A DNA stretch of 59,571 bases from Nemertoderma westbladi (taxonomy: Eukaryota > Animalia > Xenacoelomorpha), in NCBI GenBank assembly GCA_032718475.1, contig JAUCBJ010008391.1, positions 1 through 59,571 of the forward strand, written 5' to 3'. The notes beneath the pieces are model-generated. The model saw only the letters and a program-made list of their open reading frames with translations, made no database searches and had not been told where the DNA came from. A program made the translations under genes and the position numbers. Positions 27,519 through 40,744 of this stretch are shown here, one piece after another; the stretch's first letter is position 1, and the number at the start of each line of letters is the position of its first letter.

Positions 27519-27868
27519 ATAACAGTTATTAAGTTCTGATTGCAGTGTAGGCAATAAATACAGTTTAATATTGTTCTGGTAAGAACAATAACAGTTATAG
27601 CTTCTTTATTGCAGTAGGCAATAAAGACGAAAAGTACCGGTCGACCGGTAAACAGTAGGCCTGACTACCTAACCACCCGGACCGGTACTTACAGCAGTAC
27701 AGGTACAGCAGTATTATTCGATTTTGAGAATTATATACCTGTAGGTCTTGATATTTAATCAGGGACGGCCGCCCTGGTTTTTTATTGGGATTTTACTTAT
27801 TTCTGTCAGTTTTATTTATTTGTAAGTTAATATTGAGCAGAAGGCGTGTAAGCCTGCTCAGATTGTAT

Positions 27869-28450
27869 AGGTAATTTGTAGGCTGGACTGTTGGCTGACT
27901 GTTGTTAAGTCTGAAGAGATTACAGTGTGTGTAGAGTGTATGTCCGATAAAGTACTAGTTAGGAACGTAGGGGCTTCCAGTGCTGTGAGGTAAATCCCCC
28001 CGAAAGAATAAGTTGTACTACTCGGTTAGAACGCATACTAACTAACCATTTCGGAGTCTGCATATACTGTAGTTTGTTTAGGCTTGATAGTAGTCTGCCG
28101 GCGTTTGGTCTGTATTTTGTTTGTGTAGTCTGTACGGGTAGCGTAATATTTCTTATTTAGATAATTTGTAGGCTGGACTGTTGTCTGACTGTTGTTAGGT
28201 CTGAAGAGATTGCGGTGTGTGTAGAGTGTATGTCCGATAAAGTACTAGTTAGGAACGTAGGGGCTTCCAGTGCTGTGAGGTAAATCCCCCTGAAAGAATA
28301 AGTCGTACTACTCAGTTAGAACGCATACTAACTAACCATTTCGGAGTCTGCATATACTGTGGTTTGTTTGGGCTTGATAGTAGTCTGCCAGCGTTTGGTC
28401 TGTATTTTGTTTGAGTAGTCTGTACGCGTAGCGTAATATTTATTATTCAG
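27869..28450. repeat. 290-bp tandem duplication in the 2.2-kb BEL 5' leader
   Basis: TAATTTGTAGGCTGGACTGTT... at 27872 and 28162; a further ~124-bp duplication with ATACCGGTATTC motifs at 29395-29648. Confidence 0.9.
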
Positions 28451-29780
28451 AGTTTATGCGATTATACGCAACATTCATACCCCCAAGTTTATTCCTACAG
28501 TAATTGTGCTTGTTATACATATCGTTATAGTTAAATTAACCCCGGTACTACATCAGGGCTGTTTGGCATAGGTAAAGACTGGAGATTATATGCTTTGGTC
28601 ACTCCGGCAGATACCGTGGTTCTTTTAGCTGTACAAGTATTTCTAACTGCTGGTTATTTGTTGTATAAGTACTTGTACCTAATTTAGGGTTTAGTGTACA
28701 GTGCTTTCCGAAGGTAATTAGTGTGTAGGCAGTATATTTGTGTTGTAAAGTGGTTAATAGGCACGTTGGCTCTGGTAGGCCGCGGTAATTAACTTCTAGG
28801 TAGGAACACTCCGTGATACATAACGTAGTACTTATAGTGATATGGCTATAAGTCGTCAGACAGTGGTATTTTGCCTATCTGGACAACGCAGTATATTTAC
28901 TACTGCTTTGTTATTTTCAAATACCGTAGAATCCTGTCTGTTTGTAATAACCAGATATTCTAACCCTTTGTTAGGCTGGTTTGTAGACTTCTTGTAAAAT
29001 TACCCTAAAAATTTGTACGTGTAATTTTTGTATTTATTTAGAGATTGTAATCTCACCCCGAATTGTAAGTAATTTGTAGTATTAAGTAACTTAGGTAAAT
29101 TAGAATTATTTGTTTTAGTGTCCAACAAGTAGCACTTCACTGAGAGCGTACAGCTTCTGTGCAGTGACTCCTTCCCAGAAATAATAACATTTATTTCAAA
29201 TATTGACAAAAACCCATTATACGGGTATATATATTATAAATCAACTCAAACCGATTTATAAAATAGTAGGCCTGTCATACATCAATTAGGTCTTAATATC
29301 AGTTAGACTACTGCTTAAATAACGGTAATAAAGTAAGGTAAAGTAACCAAGTAACCCTAAAATTCAGAAATTCAATTATTCTAAAATAATTGACATACCG
29401 GTATTCATGATAGGCTTATTATATATTTCTATATATTTGTGCTGAAATTATATACCGGTATTCTGTAATTAATTCTAGTCCATAATTATACTTATATATA
29501 CTATAAGTGTAAGCTGTATACCGGTATTCACGATAGGCTTATTATATATTTATATATATTTGTGCTGAAATTATATACCGGTATTCTGTGAAAAACCTAG
29601 TCTGTAATAATACTTATATATATACTATAAGTGTATACCGGTATTCTAATATATTGTATATATATCACGTTACATAGAGTAACAATATCGGTAATTAATT
29701 ACTAGGCTAACAGTGATACTGAATTACTAGACTTGCTGTAACTGTAATATAGCAGTAGGCATTCAACTGTACAAACAAAC

Positions 29781-32700
29781 ATGTCTGACACAAAGCCAAA
29801 CCTGTCAGACAGTCTCCTAGATACAACCATCTGTGACCCAGACAGGAGTGTGGAATGTGTGAGACCGAAGTTAAATTCACCTCCTACTGTAAGAAAGATC
29901 ATCCCTCCAGTAGTAATATCAGACCCTAGGCTAGTCCAACACCGTAGGTCTATCATAGGCACTCGAGCTCAAGTCAAGCGGGACCAGGAAGCAGCTGTTA
30001 AACAGCAGCAACACTCGAGCCGAGAACTTATTTCTCAGCAGCCCGACAGCTCCATTAGTGCGGATACTGTAGAGCTGACACCTGAGCGCGGAGCAAAGAT
30101 GGCAGATGCAGTTTATTCGGATCCCCTTCTCATCCTTCCTGCAGCCGTACTCACTAGGGTATTGATTGCGGTGGAGGAACACCAGATTGATTGGGCGAGA
30201 AGTAAGCGATCGACCAAGGATAGTTATGCGGGATACACAAGGGAAGACTGAAGTCTATTGTCGAGTCGCAATGGAATTTCCCCAGACCCGGACTCCCGTT
30301 TGACTTATCAGAAGCTGCCTGGGAAGACATACACCGGATGGGAGTGACAAAAGAAACCAGCGATCCAGCTGTGTGGAAGAGGTCAGCAGCATGATACGTA
30401 CAGGGATTCTTCATCTCTATGGAGCGATTAGAGGAACAACTGTTTCGACAACCCCAAGGACCTCAAGAGCAGGGAGAGCTGCTTTATCAAGTTAGGGAAA
30501 GAATTCTAAGAATCAGACTAATCTTATCGGCCTTTGAGGAGGCTTCGAAAAGAAGACAAGACACTTCGTTGCAAGTTGCCGTAAAGACTTGGTTTCAGCG
30601 GGTGAGTCTCCAAGTTCAAGGAACTGCCCAGTGGAAATCTCAGCTGGCTGAGTGCTCAACCCATGGAGAATCAACAGACGCTACCTTTTCCCAAGTGGAA
30701 AGTGAAGTGACAGCAGAAACACCGCATAAGAGGGATGCTATTGACATCTATCTGTCAGACTGACTATCGACGATTTCTAGGTGACGAAGAGTTGAGGAGA
30801 CGGCTGTCTGGACTTCGCCCTAATAGTGAAGGAACCAAGCTTGTGTTGGACGCAATCGATGCGGAAATTATAGCTACGAACCAAGCTAAATTTGATGAAC
30901 GCCTCCGCATCGCTAGAGTCCAAGAAGAACAAGTAAAGAAAAAACGTATAGAAGACAGAAAGATAGCAGCAGCAGCAGCAGCAGAGGCAGAAGCGGAAAG
31001 AAAAGTGGTAGAAGCGCAAAGAAAAGCGGCAGAGGCAGAGGCAGAAGCGCAAAGAAAAGCGGCAGAGGCAGCGGCAGAAGTGGAAAGAAAATTAGCAGTG
31101 GCAGAAGCAGAACGGAGAGCGTCTGAAGAGACCACCCAACTAGAGTTGGAAAATATTCACGAGAATCAAGACTGCATAAGTAAACAGTTAACAGCTAGTC
31201 ATATGCAGATGATGAATCGATCTACTCCCAAAAGACAGGGATATACATCATCTGAGGAAGGCGATACCACCGATCCTGAAGGCGTAGGAAATAGATCTCG
31301 TCTAAGCAGACGTAGAAGAATGTCCCACCGTCAGAAATTGCCTGATTTGCCCCCAGCTGTTAGAAGGCAACTAACTAACACAGACTTAGGTAGTACAGAA
31401 CCCACAGACCAAATAATTAAAATAGAAAGACACCCTACTATAGTAGATGAGCCTGAAATAATTAGGCCTGTTCTCGAAGCCACCCCTTCGGTGATAGAGA
31501 CACCTGTACTCCCAGAACCTACCTCTAAATTCCCTTTGCACAGCACTAAACTACCTGTGCCCCACAGAACAAACCCTGAGATAGTTCCTGTCCTGGACTC
31601 CGAGCGAAATATCAATGATTTGTCGCCCGTTGTCCCTCGTCTGCCCGCTACTATTGTAAAAGCCTTTGCTGAATTGCCCCGTTATTTTTATTATCTTTTA
31701 CATTAAAATACTCTGTAGTTGATTTAATAAGTGTAGGGGACCGTATTATTGCTGTATCGGTGTTTTTAGAGGATCTAGGGCCTATTTCCTCCGTGTGTGT
31801 GCTGTGGGGGGCGTGTTTTGTGGTTCTGTGGCAATTCGTGACGCAAAGGGGTGATAGCTACTCTTGAACAGTAGTTACTATGACTACGGTTAACAGCTGA
31901 CATTCATACGTGTTGATTTCCTTTGTTCTACGGCGTCTCTCAGTTCAGTCAGCCAATTAGAGCGTTTTTGTGGCTCCTTGTACAGAAAATTTCCGAGAAA
32001 TGACGCAATGCCTATGTGCAGTGTTTACATTCAGTCCTGAGCCAAAGAAAGAACGGCTTGGAAGTATTTTGTGCTTTACTGTTTTTAGTCTTACACTAGT
32101 AGGTTTAATTACAAGGACATATATCCTTTAACTACCTGACTCATGGAATCACTGCTAACTGATCATACATACTGACTGCTGAAACATTGCAAACTCATAA
32201 CAATCAGTGTTTTCATTGTTGTTTTATACTGCTATTTACCGTCAGTTCTTCATAATATGGTTGATGAATTATTATATTTGGAATAACGATAAATAACCCC
32301 GAAACCCAATATTCTTGATATACCGAAGGTAAGAGAGAAGGGTTACAGATAAACGATTGTGACTTATGTTAAAGTGGTTTGAAGTGAATCTAATGTTATT
32401 TGATAGACCCTACATGAGTCAGTCTGTGTTCCTTTTATATGTGATTAAAATCAGTGAAGATTGGCAGATTAGTGTGCAGTATTGTGCAGCATTGTGTATG
32501 AGTGAGTCTGTTAAAGAAGCATTCCTAAAGAATGCGCCATATATGTGAATTATAATTAAGCCATATCGTTGTGAGTAGTTTAAGTCATAACTCTGTTTAT
32601 ATAGATAAAGCGCCACGTCCTAAAGGAACTGTTAATATTACCGAAGGTGAATAATATTGTCAGAGATTATATAATACTGTCAGTCGAATAATACATTAGG

Positions 32701-35700
32701 CTTACATAGCAATAAAATTAAACCGTCGAACCCAATCTCCCGGGAATATCCAGCGGGTGAATGATCGCGCACAGATTGGTTTCGACTAGTGTAGTGAATC
32801 AAATACTTGTCATAGGCTAAAAAGCGATTTATTATCTAGAAGACATTCTAATTTGGCGGGTTAAACTGCCAAAGGTCTGAAAGCGCGAACAACTATGTTG
32901 GCGGCTCCCGCTTCGGCGGTCGAGTGGGTGGATGAGGGGCGGCGGGGGATGAATCTCCTGCTCGGGCAGATGCAGGAGACTGTTCATCAGTTTAAGGGAA
33001 CAGTAAGGGAAAGTAGGTTAGAGTTGCAAGAAGTGCAGCAAAGTATCGCGTTAGAACGCGATAAATTAGTAAATACACAAAAGGGTATACCACCACCCCC
33101 TGTAACAATGTGTCAACCTGTTAGGTCTGAAGTATTTCATGCGCAAGGTGTGGAGCCTACACGCATCTATACTGCTAGTGAAGTGGAAACTCCTATAGTA
33201 AGCCCTATTAAGGGTAATTATAAACCTGTTGACAATGATATTCCCTATAGACCTGATCATAATCCGAGAAATTTATATACCGATAACTCGATATTAAATA
33301 ACACGATGGCCCAAGAAAGTTTTACGCGTCAAATGGCTAGAACCGAAGCCCGTCAAGCGGTAAAGGTGGGAGAGATAGTCAAGTTCAATGGAGACGAGAT
33401 GAAATGGTTACCTTTTAATGAATATTACAAAGATAACATACAGAACTCTGTGCTATCTAACGGAGAGAAACTTAGATTCCTCATCGAGTGCTTGGAAGGA
33501 TCTCCCAAGTTAATGGCGTTAAAGTTTATTTGACATCCAGATGGATTAAGACAAGTTTGGGATACACTAAACATCAGGTATGGTAATAGGAATAACATAG
33601 CTAAGTATTTGTATGCAAAATTGGTAGCGCCCCGAAAGTTCATTAGCAGCGGGATTATAGAGTTTTCCGATGAGATTCAAGAGATCTGTAGACAATTAGA
33701 TTGGCTAGGTAAGTCTCATGAATATAAGAGTTCTATGGTTATTGGAGCCGTGGCCTCTACTTTACCTAAGGGTGGAGTAGGCACACGCTGGGATAAGAAA
33801 GTGTTATATATGATGGAACAACAACGATGAGACCCTACCATGGCTGATCTCATGTCATTCTTAGATGGAGAAGTGAAATTACAGCTCCTAAAGCAGTCCA
33901 GAGAGAAGACACCGGAAAACAAGGTAAGTGAGAAACCCGTTTCTAGGAGAAAGGTAACACCAGTGTGTTATACCGACGAAGGCGAAAGCCAGGCTTCTCA
34001 AGAAGAAGACAGCGGAAAAGACACTGAAAGATCTTATTATGTCAACAAAACGCCTAAAGACGTAAGTAAATTCAAGTCTCGAACCAATGACAGGAGAGAA
34101 CAGGTAAGAAAAACTCCTCCTACGTCTCCTAAGAGAATTCAGGTAAGAAAGCCCGAAGAAAGAACGAGTGTGCACAACGTTACTCAAAATAAGGTAAGTA
34201 ACATCAAACCGAAATGTGCGCTGTGTGACGGGCCCCACCGTTTGAATGTGTGTGATGAATTCCTAAAGAAATCATTAAAGGATAGACGGTAAGTCATGTG
34301 GGATAAGCGGTTGTGTTATAATTGCCTCAGACAAGGACACCAACGGCGAACCTGTTACTCCGACGCAAGGTGTGCGAAGTGCGGCGCAAAACATCATCTC
34401 TTGTTGCATACTGAATTCGAACGAAACAGCCCGAGTCAGGTAAGTGATTCCGAACTACATGTCCAATTCAGTGATGTGAACGACACTGACCAAAGTTCTG
34501 AGATGGAAGGATTCTATACGGACGAATTCTCCGATGAAAACAAATCCTGTTACCTGATAAATACCGCAGTGTATCGAGCACTTACGTATGAAAAGGACAC
34601 CGATAGCGAGCTCCCCCTAACTACTTCTGACCGACAACCATCTTGGAAAGCACCAACTTCCAATGTAGGAATCCGAGAATTTCCCGTAGTACAGTTGAGG
34701 GTCCATGGACCTAAAAGGAGTTATATAGTGAACGCCCTCCTTGACTCCGGTAGCACAGGAACATTCATCGACAAAGAACTAGCCGAAGACATCTTTGCTG
34801 GGCAACCCAAGTTCCGAACTAAGTTAAACATGTCAGGAATTATGCAGGTTTGGAAATCTACAGTAATAGCGGATTATTATGTAGGTGCGTTGTCCACCCC
34901 CCAGGATGAACTAGGAGAACACAGTATAAGGTCAGTAAAAATGGTGGCGATAAAGAACTTCGCTACCAGCCAAGTAGAACCTTATAACTGGGATGAGGAC
35001 GATTCCACCCAGCAGCTTAATATACCTAGATTCAACACAGATTACCCTGGAGTGCAAATACTCATCAGCCGAAATGCGCATGAGGCGCTTGAGACATTGG
35101 AGAAACGGCCTGCTCAACAGCAACCATTACAAGCCTATGCGGGAAGAACTAGAGTAGGTTGGTACTTTACTGGCCCTTCCCGTAGAACTCTCATGGAAAG
35201 GTTACCAAAAGAACAGGTATACCAAGTAAGTGAATGGGAAGAGGAGAGCAGTAAAGTAGACGACCCAACTGAGGGAACACCATACTCCTCAGATAATGAC
35301 GATATCCACCAACTCTTCGACGAGGAGAATACCATCGATCTCCTTACGGAAAACGAGACTTGGCAAAACCAAGTGAACCTATGTCAACTCATTCGTCCAT
35401 CAGGACAAGTCGACTATAATGATGAACTGAATGACGTAATAGAGCGCTATAACGCGAAGACTCGGGATGAACACGCCGTACGATTCTTTACTCAAGAGGC
35501 TGTAGAGCCCAATTCCTACGATAAGGCCCTATCGGTAGAAGAAGAAAGAGCCAAGCAGATCCAGGAGACAACTACACGTTTTCTTAAAGATCAAGGTAGA
35601 TATGAAATCGGTCTACCATTCCGAAAGCGAGAACCAAAATTCATAAACAACCGACCCTTGGCGGAGAAAAGAATTGCTCAACTACATCGACGCCTTACGG

Positions 35701-38700
35701 CAAATGCTTCAGCTAAAGAAATGTATCAGACTCAGTTGAAGAAATTTATTAACAAGGGATATGCGGAGCGAGTACCGGAAGAAACACCCATAACTGAGAG
35801 AACGTACTATTTAACACATCATTACATTCCCAAACCCGGTAAACCCCATGAAGTAAGGGTAGTATTTGACGGCTCCGCCCTCTACATGGGCCAATCCCTT
35901 AATTCCGAGTTGTTACCTGGACCCAACTTACTCCAATCCTTGTTGGGAATACTCTTAAGATTACGACAATATTCAATCGCTTTCGCCTCCGATATAGAAG
36001 GCATGTTCTTACAAGTCAAGGCGCTGGATAGGGATCGAGACAGCCTATGATTTCTGTGGTGGCCTGAAGGAGACCTCAACCAGAAACCGGTGGAGTACTG
36101 GATGACCATCCAGGCTTTTGGGATCATCTCAAGCCCTTCAAACGCCTGCTCAGTGGTGCGCACCACTGCTGATGACAACCGGGATGCCTTCTCTAAAGAG
36201 GTGATCGACAACATCAAACGGGATATATACATGGACGACAATTTAAAGTCCCTTCCATCAGTTGAAGAAGCCATTGATGTCGCCAAAGGAACGGTAGAGT
36301 GCTTAAAAAGAGGTGGATTTCGATTAACTAAATTCACCAGCAACTCCCGTGAGTTTCTGGAATCGATCCCGGTAGAAGATCGAGGAGCGAAAGATCTAGA
36401 CCTAATCAAAGACGATCTTCCAGAAACCAAGACACTTGGTTTGAAATGGGACACAGAGAGAGATATCCTGTTTTTCCAGCTAAAACAGCGAGATAATCCA
36501 GTTCGGACTAAACGATTTGTTTAAGTATCCTGAGCACTTATTTCGATCCATTGGGATTTATTAGCCCAGTTATATTGATTGCTCGGAGTTTAGTACAACA
36601 AATGTGGCTTGAAAACCACTCATGGGACGATCCACTTAAGGGAGAATTATTAAAGAAGTGGATGAAATGGGAAGATTCTCTACCAACCATCGAGAACTTT
36701 ATAATTTCCCGTTCATACTTTGGTCATGTTCTCCCTACGTATTCCTATCAACTCCATGTGTTTGGAGACGCAAGCGATATGGGAATAGGTATAGTAGCCT
36801 ACCTGAGAGTGGAAACTCCGGATGGAATCAAAGTCGCCTTGGATACCTCTAAGGCATTGATAAACAACAAGTTGAAAGTTCCTCGAGCGGAGTTAAAAGC
36901 GGCTCTATATGCTACAGCCATCGGCCGGAATGTAATAGAACAGATCGAATATCCACTGGAGAAAACTGTCTATTGGACCGATGCTTTACTCGTGTTGGAG
37001 TATATAACCAATGAAGTCTGTCAGTTCAGCGTCTTCGTTACCAACAGAGTAGCCATTATACTTAGTCGCACGAAGATGGATCAATGGAGACATTGCGCCG
37101 GAACGATTAATCCAGCAGACATCGCCTCCAGGGGAGCAACTCCACAAGAACTGATAGATACTCCAGACTGGTTAGGTGGACCCGACTTCCTAAGCAAAGA
37201 AGAGGATGAATGGCCTCCTCATCTTACTACGGCGGAGATTAGACAGGCCAAGGGAGCGGAGAAAGTCAAACCTAAAACTCGGGCGAGTAAATCGAAGTTA
37301 TTTAAACCCGTGGTAGATCTGTCTGTACTACACACTTCCAGAGACGACGCTTTGGATCCGAAACCCACAGCCACAAATAAGTCTGTTGTGGAAATCAGAG
37401 AGAAGGATTGGAAATCTGGAATACCAGACGTCTCGCAAGGACTCTCACCTCTCCTGCAGAGAGCGATATATCACTACAGTTCCTGGAATCGGCTCTGTAA
37501 GGCTGTTACCTATTTAAAGCGATGTTTTCATCATCACTACTCCAGGACGAAGACCAATAGTGATACCGCTCCACTGACATCTGTGCAGGTCCATGTTGTT
37601 AAGATCTTCCCAAATATAAGATATCCGACAGGTTTCTGAAGGAGAAGATCAGTTATCAGGAGCATGAAGAAACCAATAAGCAGATGCTGAGACTCCTGCA
37701 ATGCTATGAGGATTCTGATAAGTATTTCTCGTTGTTGAGAAATCCACAGATGCGCTTAAGGGATCGTTTCTCTAGCACAATGATAGATGGGTTGATACGT
37801 GTTGGAGGAAGATTAACTAATGCTCCATTATCCTTTGACACTAAGTTTCCCATACTCATTAGAAATCTTGAAATACAAATCAAGATGATTGTAGATGTTC
37901 ACAGCAAACTTTATCATGCTGGTAGAGAACGAGTTCTTAGCGAAATTCGAACTCGCTATTATTTTTATAAACCCCGTAGAGCTCTGAACCAAGTTCTTAG
38001 GAACTGAATACCCTGTAGGAAAGCATTCAGTAGGCCTTTAACACAGCGAGAGGCAGAATTACCTAGGGAATGAGTAAGCTTCTATGAACCACCCTTTACT
38101 AATACCGGTGTAGATTTATTTGGCCCTATTGAAGTATATCGTGCTAGGACTATAGTCAAGAGATGGTGTGTCATCTTTGTTTGTATGACTTGTAGAGCTA
38201 TCCATCTCGATATGGTGAACGATTTATCTACCAACAGCTTCCTATTGAGCTTATGACGACAGATCGCTCGCTTTGGAACTAGTAATACGATGAGATCTGA
38301 TAAGGGAACGAACTTCATTGGTGCCAACAATGAAATCAAAGCTTACGTCAAAGATTGGAACCAAAGACAGATGGACGATCAGCTAAGGGTAACAGCGTCT
38401 AGCTGGACCTTCAACGCCGCCGACGCCCCTTGGTGGGGAGGAAGTTGGGAGAGATTAATCAGGAGCGTGAAAACCGCATTTCACTTTATAGTGCCGTGCC
38501 GCGCATATCTCACCGACGAACTTTTGCGGACGTTAATGGAGGAAATCGCCGCCTATCTCAACAAGAGACCGCTTATGCCAGTCTCATCGAGTCCCGATTC
38601 CCTGGAAGCGCTAACACCCGCGCACTTCCTACTGAAGAAACCCGTAGCCATGCTCCCACGATCGGAAATCACAGACGGAGACGAATACTGCCGGCAAACT

Positions 38701-39078
38701 TGGCAACTTATGCAGTTGTTATCCCGTCGTTTCGCTGACCATTTCGAAAAACATTATCTGCCCACGCTACAACTTCGAACTAAGTGGTTTGCGCAGCAAG
38801 AAAACGTCAGCGCTGGAGACATGGTCCTTATTGTGGATTCAGATCTTCCACGTAAGCGGTGGCAGACAGGTCGTATCATCGAGACTCACATCTCGGATGA
38901 TGGTTTGGTGCGATCGGTAGAACTCGTCGTCATGCGACGTAACTTTAAGAATCGGGAATTGTCTTCGAGACACAGCAGCTCAATCGCCCAGTTGGCCGTT
39001 TATGTTTACTGGAAAGAGACCGAGAACTCTCCGGAAACTATGGAAGGCAAGATACTCTTCCCACGACCACCTCCCTGA
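29781..39078 (+). pseudogene. BEL gag-pol polyprotein, disrupted by stops, frameshifts and a solo LTR
   Basis: Gag KFNGDEMKWLPF...EKLRFLIECLEG; zinc knuckles CALCDGPHRLNVC, CYNCLRQGHQRRTC, CAKCGAKHHLLLH; protease ALLDSGS; RT VRVVFDGS, SDIEGMFLQV, YMDD; RNase H LHVFGDAS, YWTDA, NPADIASRG; integrase TGVDLFGP, RSDKGTNF, APWWGGSWERLIRSVK. Confidence 0.93.
31655..32891 (+). mobile_element. Solo LTR of a sister BEL family nested in gag
   Basis: TGTAAAAGCC...GGTCTGAAAGCGCGAACA, TSD ACTAT (31650-31654, 32892-32896); 3' half clearly homologous to host LTR; removal restores ...LPAT-MLAAP... in frame. Confidence 0.92.
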
Positions 39079-40744
39079 TCCAACAAACATCTAGGGACTC
39101 CCCAACGTAACAGCGTCTGGAGTGGGTGTGTGACTATATTATTTCATATATTCTTATTATTTTATATTTATGTATGTATTATTATGTACTCTTATTATAA
39201 TCGTTTTCTTTAATTTTATTTAGTAGAATGTTGTTTTAGTGATTATCTAGTAGATTAGTGCAATATATATTAGTTTTATTACTTAATTACTTATATTATA
39301 TATATATAGTGTGACGGCGAGAAATAATTATTTTTCTCTTTCCTTACTGTCCGTATTACATTATAAATACGTGACTACAGTAAGATGAAATATCCGTACT
39401 TATTAAAGTACAATAAAGCTCCTACTATACAAGTATTATTGGTAAGTAGAGTATTAGGAATGCAAAATTCAGATCCTCGTGTCTCGGCTAAATCAAGCTC
39501 TGGGTAGACCTTGGAAACGACTTGCCTCTTCTCACTGACATGCTTCGTGCGATATTGCTCTCATACCGTATATTAAATAATACATATAGTAGCGTGATGT
39601 CCCTTTAACAGTAGCGTATAACGCAAAATAAATCTGTTAAACCCTTTGACCATCTGTAATTCTAGTCGATTAAGATCTCGCGGCACCCACCGATATACTT
39701 GAAAGACAAAACTCTAGAATCAGTGGTTAACGTCCTCAGACAAGTTCTGGAATAAATTGGTGCCCATCCTAAATATTAACTATTAATATTTATAAAATCT
39801 GTCAAATTTTAGATCCTTTAAAATTCTAGTCTATTAAGATATCGTAGCACTTACCGATATTCTTAAAAAGACCAATTTCCTAGAATCAAGGATCCTAGTC
39901 CCCAGACATGTTCTGGAATAAAATTGTGTCTATTTAATATTAAATAATAAAATTTACGGGAATAAATTTAAATTCATGTTTTAATGAATTTGATAAATTG
40001 TCATTTTTATACAATAATTTATAACATTCCCAAAATTCCATAAATTAATAGATCATGGGAGCGGAGATTCACCCTATTAAGTGTATTAGTGTGCGAGAAT
40101 CTCCAATATATAGTCAATAGCCGATAAAATTCATAAAATCATGTATAAAGGGGATATTGACAATTAAAGAATTACTATTAAATAGCATCCCAGATCTGTA
40201 TGCATGAGAATTACCCTAATTCTACCGCTAGCTTTCCATAATGTCACCATAGCAACAACCACGCTAGAATTAGAAGTGAGTTAAAAGAACAATAGAAAGC
40301 TTGCCCCATTGAATAGCATAGGGAATAAACAGCACACTGCTAGTATCCAAGGATACATAATAATAACGTGGCATTCTGGAAGGCACTTGACTAACGGACA
40401 AATGGCCCGAATGTGTACAATTTGTGACAGTTGTGTGGAATTTGTGCGTTTATAGGTGAATGTTACTACTAAAGTGTGTTTACAGTAGCGAGTCGCAATT
40501 GTGAAAGTAGCCCTAACTCTGCAGCAAGAACCTGAAGTAAATCTAAGCCTTTGGGACGGACAGTGGAGTGACTTGTGCCGGTTATCGTTGTCATTGTGTA
40601 GCTACTATGTTGGCGAAAACACAGCGACGACGGTACATCGGCGCTGAGGATCTTGCACTGTCCGGGGGCAGAGAGGGGTAGGCAGCAACGCCCGCTAGCC
40701 TAAATATAAACTCATTATAATATTGATAAACTCATATAGCAGAT

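Noticed and set aside
35882-36454. 190-aa and other antisense ORFs over gag-pol, ORF3 and LINE ORFs
   Set aside because: Shadow frames of the sense coding regions with no motifs.
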